This document shows, piece by piece, positions 7,947 to 14,641 of a stretch of 39,922 nt of DNA. Location: the IMG/VR virus record IMGVR_UViG_3300033417_000027, positions 1-39,922 of that record. One strand, written 5' to 3'. Position 1 is the first letter of the stretch. Each line of letters begins with the position of its first letter. The DNA comes from a virus. The notes below the pieces were generated by a model. It saw only the letters and a program-made list of their open reading frames with translations, did no database searches and was not told the origin of the DNA. The translations under genes were made by a program, and so were the position numbers.

Positions 7947-7990
7947 AGCGAGGCACCGAAACCCGCAGGTTTCCGCCACATTCGGGCGAT

Positions 7991-8019
7991 GTGGTAGACT
8001 GGCGAGTGGTAGACTGGCG
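7991..8019. promoter_or_regulatory. Tandem 15-bp direct repeat carrying the AGTCTACC motif in minus sense
   Basis: gtggtagactggcg-a-gtggtagactggcg, located 14 nt downstream of the terS stop. Confidence 0.7.
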
Positions 8020-8032
8020 CCGGGCCATCGCG

Positions 8033-8560
8033 CTAACCATCTGAATTCCCATCGCTTTTTTCCGGGGCCGTGGCGACCAGGTCGAGCACCATCGACAGCC
8101 CGTCCTCGGCCGCCTGGTCGGCCTCGTCGCCGTCGATGTGGCCCAGCACGACCACCATGCGGCCCTTGCCGTGGACGTCGACCGACATCGGCTGCTTCTG
8201 GTGCATGTACGGCAGGGCGGCGATCGCCGACGCCTTCATGACCTCGATCGCCACCTCGATCTTGACGCCGAAGGCCTGCGCCAGGGCGTGCGGATCGCTG
8301 CTGTAGAGCTGCGCCAGGCGCTCCAGCGGCGTGCCGTAGCGCCCGCCCAGGTAATCGGTCCATTCCTGCGTCCGCCGGTTCCTCGAGCCCTTCGGCCGCC
8401 CTGGACCGCGCGGGCCCTCGCCCTGGTCGGCATCGGCCCGGTCGCCTTCGAGTTCCGGCAGCAGCGCGAGCTGGCGCTGCCGCCGCTCGACCAGCGTCGC
8501 CGGCGGCTCGCCCGTCCCGAGATCCTCGATCGCCGCCGTCAGCCCTGCCTTCACGCCCAT
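8033..8560 (-). CDS. terS: Terminase small subunit (175 aa)
   Basis: First gene after the iteron field and upstream of terL. The motif GRPKGSRNRRT is typical of phage small terminases. Confidence 0.6.
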   Translation of the reverse strand: MGVKAGLTAAIEDLGTGEPPATLVERRQRQLALLPELEGDRADADQGEGPRGPGRPKGSRNRRTQEWTDYLGGRYGTPLERLAQLYSSDPHALAQAFGVKIEVAIEVMKASAIAALPYMHQKQPMSVDVHGKGRMVVVLGHIDGDEADQAAEDGLSMVLDLVATAPEKSDGNSDG

Positions 8561-8624
8561 CGATAAACGCCCCGTTGTTTATTGCCCCGCGCCCGCGCCC
8601 GCCCGCGCCCGCCAGCCGCGACCA

Positions 8625-8884
8625 GGTGTAACGGCGCCGTTACACCGCCGTTACACACCGCCGCTCGCCGAAAGCCTTGATCCATCTCTCTAAATCTCTC
8701 TCTGGAAGAGTGGAGTAACGGTGTAACGGTGTAACGGCAGGGCCTACATACGCGCGCGCGAGCGCCCGCATGTATGTAGGGTCTGTTTTTTGCCGTTACA
8801 CCGTTACACCACTCGATTACGCAACACTATCAACGACTTAGGCGTAACACCCGCCGCGTTACACCAGCGTTACACCGTTACACC
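8625..8884. repeat. Octamer iteron field (GTTACACC / GGTGTAAC, 12 copies); candidate replication origin, with pac or late-promoter site as alternatives
   Basis: Exact copies at 8625, 8639, 8720, 8728, 8795, 8803, 8858, 8869 and 8877. One-mismatch copies at 8650, 8712 and 8844. A 22-bp perfect palindrome lies at 8625-8646. The core at 8674-8711 is CT/AT-rich. Confidence 0.75.
8743..8791 (+). terminator. Intrinsic-terminator-like hairpin plus T6, oriented on the plus strand inside the iteron field
   Basis: cctacatac(gcg)...(cgc)atgtatgtagg followed by gtctgtttttt. No plus-strand ORF lies upstream. Confidence 0.5.
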
Positions 8885-8985
8885 CCCGAACCCGCGCCCG
8901 TGACCGATCACTCCCAACGGGTCGGGGCGGGATGGCAAGAGCGGGAGCGCGGGTCGGGGCCATGGTCTCAAGTAGTTCCTCAGAT

Positions 8986-10920
8986 TTAGTAGGGGAGGTC
9001 GGAAGATGAAGCGGCGTCGGCCGGGCCGGCCGACTGGTTATCTCCAGAAGCGCGCGCCTCGCCGGCCGGGCCGAGATCGGGGCAGATCGCCTCGACCGGG
9101 ATCTGCACGCAGCGGGTGGGCCGGCCGCCGATGCGCGCGGTGCGCCCCAGCACCGCCCCGGGAACCCGGGCGAGCGCCTCGACCCAGCCGCCGGTCATCC
9201 CGGCCTTGCCCGCCCAGCGCGAGCCCTCGAACAGGTGCATGGTGCCGCGGTGGGCGTTGCCGACCGCGAGATAGTACTGCCGCTCGCCCTTGGCGCGGAC
9301 CACGCCCAGCCCGCCGGCCGACAGCGCGACCGCGTGAAACGTCTCGCCCAGGCCGCGGCACTGCTCGCGCACCAGCTCGGCCACCGATTGCTTGGAGCCG
9401 CCGCGCCAGGCCTCCGGGCAGCTCTCGGCCAGGTAGTCGAGGCAGCTCTCGGCATCGGACGCCGTGTCGGTCAGCTCGCGCCAGGTGGCGGCGTCGAGCA
9501 GCCGGCGCCATTCGTCGAGCGTGTCGGCATCGGGCACCTGGTCGAACAGGAGGAGATCGGCGCAGGCGAGCAGCGTGCCGAACTGGTCGCAGCCGCGGGC
9601 ATCGTGGCCGGCGGCCGAAAGCGTGGCGCGGTAGAGGTGCAGCGTGTCGGCGAGCCGCGGCCACTGGTCGGCGAGCCGGCGCAGCAGGCCGCGGCCGACG
9701 CCCGCCCAGTGGGCCGGCTCGATCGCCGGCGGCACCTGGCCCTCGGGCAGGGACTTGAGCCGCAGGATCGCCATCCGCGACCGGTCCTGGGGCGCGAACG
9801 GCGGCGGCAGGATGGCCGAGAACAGGAAACAGGAGCGCGCCGTGAACTGGACGCCCTGGTGTTCCGCACCGCCGCGCAGCATCACCGAGCCCGACGAGGC
9901 CTGGCGGGCGAGCTCGAGCACCTGCATGGCGCGCCGGTTGTCCTCGCCGGCCTCGAGCTCGTCGATGGCGATCGGCACCGAGGCCTGCTTGATCTCCTGG
10001 TAGAGACCGGCCGCCGTGGTGTTCGACGACTGGACCATGCCGCCGTCGAACAGGTACTTGAACAGCTTGTGCAGGGTCGACTTGCCCGAGCCGGTATCGC
10101 CGGTGATGAAGGCCATCGGCCGCCAGTCGAGCGCGCCGCCGAGCATGGCCGCACCCGCCCAGCCGAGCAGCAGCATGGCGTCGACGTGGCCGCGCTCCCA
10201 GGCCCAGGTCTTGAGCGTGTCGAGCAGCACCCCGCCCGGCCCGCCGTCGGCGCCGGTCGGCTGGCGCAGCTGCGCGGGTCGGGGCAGGCGCGGCGCGGAC
10301 GGATAGACGAAGCCGTCGAGCGTGCCCGGCGCGATGGTCTCGCCGTCGCGCCACAGCGTGTCGCCGCAATGCAGGATCAGCCGGCCGTCGGAGCCCAGCC
10401 ACGCGCCGGCGCCGCGGATCTGGTCGAAGGCGTTCCACACCCCGCGCCGGGCGCAGGCGTCCATCAGCGCATCGGCGCAGTGGTCGGCGGCGAAGCCCGA
10501 CACCACCCACTGCTTGACCGCCTTGCCATCCGCACCCTTGACCACGGCGCCGGTCTCGTCCTCGATCGGCACCTCCTTCCAGCGCGGCCAGAAGGTCGCG
10601 CACAGTTCCGACGACGGCGCGAACAGGCTGGCGAGCGCGTTGCGGCCGTGGTCGCGCGGGCGCAGGGAGACGATCTGGCGAAGCGCGTCGAGATAGAAAT
10701 AGTCATGGCCGTGCTTGCCTAACGGGATAATCGGGCAGCCGTCGGGCAGGCCGTCGGCGCGCAGCACCCAGGCCTCGCCGCGACCGCGTCCCTGGCCACC
10801 GCCGGCCGAGCCCGGGTCGGGGCCCGGCGGCTCGCCGTCTCGGCCGGCGATCGGCACGATGTTGGTCGCGCCTTCGACGGCTTGGGCGAGGTCGGCGAGG
10901 CGCTTGTCCTTATCGGCCAC
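8986..10920 (-). CDS. Replicative P-loop NTPase / SF3-type helicase (644 aa)
   Basis: GTG start at 10920. Walker A is GDTGSGKST and Walker B is PIAIDELEAG. Size and position match P4-alpha/D5-type helicases. Confidence 0.75.
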   Translation of the reverse strand: MADKDKRLADLAQAVEGATNIVPIAGRDGEPPGPDPGSAGGGQGRGRGEAWVLRADGLPDGCPIIPLGKHGHDYFYLDALRQIVSLRPRDHGRNALASLFAPSSELCATFWPRWKEVPIEDETGAVVKGADGKAVKQWVVSGFAADHCADALMDACARRGVWNAFDQIRGAGAWLGSDGRLILHCGDTLWRDGETIAPGTLDGFVYPSAPRLPRPAQLRQPTGADGGPGGVLLDTLKTWAWERGHVDAMLLLGWAGAAMLGGALDWRPMAFITGDTGSGKSTLHKLFKYLFDGGMVQSSNTTAAGLYQEIKQASVPIAIDELEAGEDNRRAMQVLELARQASSGSVMLRGGAEHQGVQFTARSCFLFSAILPPPFAPQDRSRMAILRLKSLPEGQVPPAIEPAHWAGVGRGLLRRLADQWPRLADTLHLYRATLSAAGHDARGCDQFGTLLACADLLLFDQVPDADTLDEWRRLLDAATWRELTDTASDAESCLDYLAESCPEAWRGGSKQSVAELVREQCRGLGETFHAVALSAGGLGVVRAKGERQYYLAVGNAHRGTMHLFEGSRWAGKAGMTGGWVEALARVPGAVLGRTARIGGRPTRCVQIPVEAICPDLGPAGEARASGDNQSAGPADAASSSDLPY

Positions 10921-11160
10921 CTAGAGCCCTCCCGGATCCGGGTCGCCGGTATAGGGCCGCACGCGCCTCGGCCGCTCGAGGATGATGCGCCCGCCGGCGC
11001 GGCTGACCGCCAGCTGCTCGCCGGCCGCGACCGCGTCGACCAGATCGGCCGGCAGCGACAGGGCGCCGCCCGCCATGTCGACCAGCACCACCAGGGCGGC
11101 CGTCACCAGCGGGTCGGCGCACGCGATGCGCGGGGCGAGGATCAGCGGCGGGCCGGTCAT
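10921..11160 (-). CDS. Hypothetical protein (79 aa)
   Basis: ATG at 11160 overlaps the upstream stop (ATGA). The segment LSLPADLVDAVAAGEQLAVSRAGGRIILE is faintly AbrB/SpoVT-like. Confidence 0.5.
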   Translation of the reverse strand: MTGPPLILAPRIACADPLVTAALVVLVDMAGGALSLPADLVDAVAAGEQLAVSRAGGRIILERPRRVRPYTGDPDPGGL

Positions 11161-11411
11161 CCGACCACCGCCCACGCCCAGGCGGCCACCCACACCACCA
11201 CGGCCACACCCAGCAGGCTGTTGGCGGCCCGCCGCCAGCCGGCGCCCTGGAACTCGCCGGCCGCCCACGTGAAGCTGCACAGCTGCGACAGGTAGGCGAG
11301 CCCCGCCACCAAAGCGGCCGCGGTCGCATCGCCGGCATAGGCCAGCAGCACGATCGCCAGGGCGCCGTAGACGTAAAGGTCGGGGACGATGAACCGGATC
11401 AGGTCGGGCAT
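11157..11411 (-). CDS. Small membrane protein (84 aa, about 3 TM)
   Basis: ATG at 11411 with GGAGGC upstream. Hydrophobic segments include YVYGALAIVLLAY and LLGVAVVVWVAAWAWAVV. Confidence 0.6.
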   Translation of the reverse strand: MPDLIRFIVPDLYVYGALAIVLLAYAGDATAAALVAGLAYLSQLCSFTWAAGEFQGAGWRRAANSLLGVAVVVWVAAWAWAVVG

Positions 11412-11644
11412 GGGTCTGCCTCCAGGCAAAGGGCACGGAACCGGGCCCAGGCCTCAGGCCATGGCCCCTCGAACTCGATCGCGCTCGAGACCACCTGGTC
11501 GCCCGCCCAGGCGTAGCGCGTCAGCCGGCCGGCGAGCTGGCGGGTGGCGATGTCGCGCCCGCGCTCGAGGCCGAGCGTGGTGTCGCCGCCGGCGGCGAGA
11601 TAGATCGCCCGCAGCTCGGGCGGATCGAGCGGCAGCGCGGTCAT
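11399..11644 (-). CDS. Hypothetical protein (81 aa)
   Basis: ATG at 11644 overlaps the upstream stop (ATGA). High GC3. Confidence 0.55.
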   Translation of the reverse strand: MTALPLDPPELRAIYLAAGGDTTLGLERGRDIATRQLAGRLTRYAWAGDQVVSSAIEFEGPWPEAWARFRALCLEADPCPT

Positions 11645-11964
11645 TCGGCGACCCCGAATTCGTCGAGGCAGCCGCACCGGTCGGCGACCATCATCGCCAT
11701 GTTGGCGATGTCGGCCAGTTCGCCGGCGAGCAGGACCGCGAGGCCGGCGGCGGTCGGCTTATCCCCGGCCGCAACCCGCTCGATCAGCGGCGAGAGAACG
11801 TCGCCGGCCTCGCGGACTTCGCTCTCGAGATGAGTGAACAGCCGTCGCGGCGGCACACTCAGCCAGTTCTCCCGGCCGCCCTTGTGGTCGTTGGCGCGCA
11901 GCTCGCGCTCCATCAGCCTCGCGAAGGCCATCACCGCCGGCCTTGGTGTCAGCTCGTCGCTCAT
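11641..11964 (-). CDS. MazG-like nucleotide pyrophosphohydrolase (107 aa)
   Basis: Motifs ELRANDHKGGRENW...HLESEVREAG...ELADIANMAMMVADR fit the phage MazG / dNTP-PPase pattern. Confidence 0.65.
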   Translation of the reverse strand: MSDELTPRPAVMAFARLMERELRANDHKGGRENWLSVPPRRLFTHLESEVREAGDVLSPLIERVAAGDKPTAAGLAVLLAGELADIANMAMMVADRCGCLDEFGVAE

Positions 11965-13025
11965 GCCGCCGTCTCCATCAGGTAGGCGTTGGCGTCCTTG
12001 GCCTCGCCTGGCGAGGCGGCGACGCGCACGTCGCGGCACTGGCGCATATGGGCGAGCTTGGCGCGCTCGAAGCCGGCGAGCGCGGCCGGCTCGGTGTCGC
12101 GGTCGCGGAACAGCACCCGCGTGGTCACGCTCGCCGGCATGATCACGCCGGCCATGCCGTCGACGGAAATCGTGGCGACGATCCGCCACTCGGGCAGCGC
12201 CATCGCCAGCGTCAGCGCGTCCTCTATGCCCTCGATCAGGATGCAGCGGTCGCCCTGGGGCGCGCGGTTGAGCGGCACCCCTGCCCGGCCCTTGGCGATC
12301 GAGATGTGGCCGCCTTGGCAACCGCCCAGGCACTTCTTGGGCGCCTTGAGGTCGGCCTTGGTGACGCGGCCGTCGGTCCGGACCTCGAGCCAGGTGCGAT
12401 GACAGGCGAGGAAGCGGCCGTCGGGCCCGACGATCGCGGCCACCATCGCCGGATAGAAGCAGCCGTCCTCGGCCGACAAGAGCTCCGGGTGGTAGCGCAG
12501 CGCCCCGGTCGAGCCCAGGCGGTCGAGGTCGATGCCGCGCCCGGCGAGGTAGCGCTCGACGGCCGTGCCGCGGATCTCAGGGCTCGCCTCGATCCCCCAG
12601 CGCTGCCAGGCGGCGGCGCGCATGCGCCGGCGCTGGGCTTGCGCCTCCTTGGCCGCCTGGCGGCGTTTGGCTTCGGCCTCGCGCCGCGCGGTGCGCATGG
12701 CGTCCGGGTCGGCGTCGCTGAGCCCGAGATAGCCGAGCGCCCACGTGACCGCCTCGCCCTTGTGGCCGCGGAACAGCACCTGGGCGATGAGGTCGAGGAT
12801 GTCGCCGCGCTCTCCGGACGCGAAATCGTGCCAGTTGCCCGGTTTCATCCCGCGCAGGTTGACGGAGAGCGACTGGCCGGGCTCGCCGGCGAGCGAGCCG
12901 ACCTGAAACCGGGTGTGGGAGAGCCTGCCTTCGGGCAACAGTTTGCAGCAGACGTCGCCGGCGCGCGCGCCGAGCAGGTCGACCAGGTCGCGGATCTCGA
13001 TTTTTGGCGCGAGGTCGGTGCTCAT
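11961..13025 (-). CDS. Toprim-domain DNA primase (354 aa)
   Basis: ATG at 13025. The N-terminus has NWHDFASGERGDILDLI. The Toprim core is CILIEGIEDALTLA... Confidence 0.7.
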   Translation of the reverse strand: MSTDLAPKIEIRDLVDLLGARAGDVCCKLLPEGRLSHTRFQVGSLAGEPGQSLSVNLRGMKPGNWHDFASGERGDILDLIAQVLFRGHKGEAVTWALGYLGLSDADPDAMRTARREAEAKRRQAAKEAQAQRRRMRAAAWQRWGIEASPEIRGTAVERYLAGRGIDLDRLGSTGALRYHPELLSAEDGCFYPAMVAAIVGPDGRFLACHRTWLEVRTDGRVTKADLKAPKKCLGGCQGGHISIAKGRAGVPLNRAPQGDRCILIEGIEDALTLAMALPEWRIVATISVDGMAGVIMPASVTTRVLFRDRDTEPAALAGFERAKLAHMRQCRDVRVAASPGEAKDANAYLMETAA

Positions 13026-13255
13026 ACCGGATCGCCCGCGATCATGTCGTCGCGCGGCAGGCACAAGAGCCAGACGAAATTCGCCGGCGCGAGGGTCTCG
13101 GCTGCGATCGCCAGCCGCCGCTGGCCGTCGGCCTGGCAGAGGCTGAAGCTCTGATAGGGTGCGGCGACCGCCGACCAGGTGCACACCTCGCGCGTCATCG
13201 GCGCGGCCTGGCCGAGCTGGCAGGCGAAGAACACCAGCACCCAGGCCGTGGTCAT
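13022..13255 (-). CDS. Small Cys-containing protein with a hydrophobic N-terminus (77 aa)
   Basis: ATG at 13255 overlaps the upstream stop. Begins MTTAWVLVFFACQLGQAAP, which is weakly signal- or lipobox-like. Confidence 0.5.
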   Translation of the reverse strand: MTTAWVLVFFACQLGQAAPMTREVCTWSAVAAPYQSFSLCQADGQRRLAIAAETLAPANFVWLLCLPRDDMIAGDPV

Positions 13256-13602
13256 GCCATGCCCCCCGCTTCGCGCTTCCACCAGTAGTGCGGGTCGGCT
13301 TGGGGGCTTTCGGGCGCGGCGCGGCGGGCGCGCTCGTGGCTCCACACCTCGAGGGCCCTTTTCAGCGCGTGGAACGTGTCGACCCTGAGCCCGTACTGGC
13401 CGACGCAGTCGGCGGCCCACAGGACAAGGTTGTCGGCCGGATCGTCGGTCACGACCGCGCAGGCGGCATCGACCGCCTGGCCGAGCCGCGCCAGATCGTC
13501 GACGCTCGTGCCGCTCATGCCGCGCAGCGTGATCCGGACGGCGATGCCGACGAGGCCGACGAGGGGCGCGTCCTGCCCGCCCCGGGCCTGACCCGGGGTC
13601 AT
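13252..13602 (-). CDS. Hypothetical protein (116 aa)
   Basis: ATG at 13602 overlaps the upstream stop (ATGA). The first 10 codons are encoded by REP hairpin 13580-13598. An alternative start is the MSGTSVDD Met. Confidence 0.55.
   Translation of the reverse strand: MTPGQARGGQDAPLVGLVGIAVRITLRGMSGTSVDDLARLGQAVDAACAVVTDDPADNLVLWAADCVGQYGLRVDTFHALKRALEVWSHERARRAAPESPQADPHYWWKREAGGMA
13580..13598. repeat. REP-family hairpin
   Basis: ccccggg-cctga-cccgggg. Confidence 0.8.
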
Positions 13603-14015
13603 CGGTTGCGCCCCTGCTGCTCGATGCGGGCCGCCAGCGTCGACACCCCCAGCGACACCATGTTGGCGATCCAGTTGTAGCTGACCCCGCGCACCAGGCA
13701 GCGGTTGCCGACCTGGACCATCAGCTCGAGCGGCTCGGGCCCTCGTTGGCTGTCGCGCAGCACGACGAGCTTGCCGAGCCCGGCATCGGCGTCGAGCCGG
13801 CCGGCGGCGATCACCCCGTCGATATAGGCGTTGCGCTCGGCGACCGTCGCCAGCGCCTTGAAGTGGTCGTTGATCCGCAGCGCGGTCTTGCCGCCGATCA
13901 GCACGTCGGCGACCGGGGCGCCGTAGCGCCAGACGGTCAGCCCGGCCTTGGACATCTCGAGCTCGTAGATGCCGCCGTGGCCGTTGTGGGTGACCCGGGC
14001 GCGGGCGAGCGTCAT
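13599..14015 (-). CDS. Hypothetical protein (138 aa)
   Basis: ATG at 14015 overlaps the upstream stop (ATGA). Ordinary composition. Confidence 0.6.
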   Translation of the reverse strand: MTLARARVTHNGHGGIYELEMSKAGLTVWRYGAPVADVLIGGKTALRINDHFKALATVAERNAYIDGVIAAGRLDADAGLGKLVVLRDSQRGPEPLELMVQVGNRCLVRGVSYNWIANMVSLGVSTLAARIEQQGRNR

Positions 14016-14641
14016 GGCCGGGCCTCGCGGGAACGGGTCGGGGCCGGCCGGGCTGTCGTGTCCAGGCGTACCGCCATGCCGGCCCCGGATCGCCCGGGGC
14101 GGCGAGCGCCCGGGCGAAGGCTGGCGCATGGCGTGCGCGGCCGGCGGCCGGATCGCCGCCGGCCCGGGCTCGGGTCACGCGCTGGGTATGAGGCGGCCGG
14201 CGGAGCCCAGGAGAGCACCCCGCCGGCCGGGACGCCGAAGGGCAACCGGGCCCCGGCGCCGTCGCGGGCGGCTGTCGATCCGCCCCGGGATATCATGGCC
14301 GCGGCCATCACGCGCCCCCCCCCCTCGAGCGCGGCGCCGGTCTCGGCCCGCCAGGCGTCGAGGATGCGGCCGACCGTGGCCTCGGTGAGCCCGACGTTCG
14401 CGGCGATCAGGGCGGCGTCGGTGCCGGCGCCGGCGAGCACGATGGTGCGGGCGACCGCCGCGTCGAGGTCGCGGTTGGGCGCAACACCGACGGCGGCCGC
14501 GAACGCCGCCTGGAACAGGTCGTGGGCATGGACCGCCGGGCGCGTCCCGCGCTCCCTGGCCAGCGCCTCGAGCTTGCCATAGAGCCTGGCGCTCACCCCG
14601 AAGGAGATCTCGCGCGCCGTGCCGGTGCCCGAGACGGCCAT
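14012..14641 (-). CDS. Putative DNA-binding protein (RHH-like N-terminus plus HTH-like middle) with a REP-encoded Arg/Pro-rich tail
   Basis: ATG at 14641 overlaps the upstream stop. Motifs are REISFGVSARLYGKLEALARERG and TDAALIAANVGLTEATVGRILDAW. The last ~90 codons coincide with the hairpin composite at 14082-14165. Confidence 0.5.
   Translation of the reverse strand: MAVSGTGTAREISFGVSARLYGKLEALARERGTRPAVHAHDLFQAAFAAAVGVAPNRDLDAAVARTIVLAGAGTDAALIAANVGLTEATVGRILDAWRAETGAALEGGGRVMAAAMISRGGSTAARDGAGARLPFGVPAGGVLSWAPPAASYPARDPSPGRRRSGRRPRTPCASLRPGARRPGRSGAGMAVRLDTTARPAPTRSREARP
14082..14165. repeat. BIME-like triple hairpin inside an ORF tail
   Basis: Hairpins are gccccgg-atcgc-ccggggc (14082-14100), the 18-mer ggcgcatggcgtgcgcgg (14123-14140), and ggccggcgg...ccgccggcc (14139-14165). 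Confidence 0.75.

Noticed and set aside
7683-8363. N-terminal 227-codon extension of the terL ORF in the ORF track (6207..8363)
   Set aside because: The extension is Arg/Gly/Pro-rich and runs through the structured gap and into terS in another frame. The Met at 7682 gives MAEQVRLDYIPDG..., with a Walker A motif 30 residues later.
8590-8613. Short tandem repeat gcccgcgcccgcccgcgcccgcc upstream of terS, as a functional repeat
   Set aside because: This is a low-complexity GC run of the kind expected by chance in this composition. It has no defined period or symmetry.
8625-8884. CRISPR array
   Set aside because: The repeats are 8-bp iterons in both orientations, partly abutting with no spacers. 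There are no cas genes.
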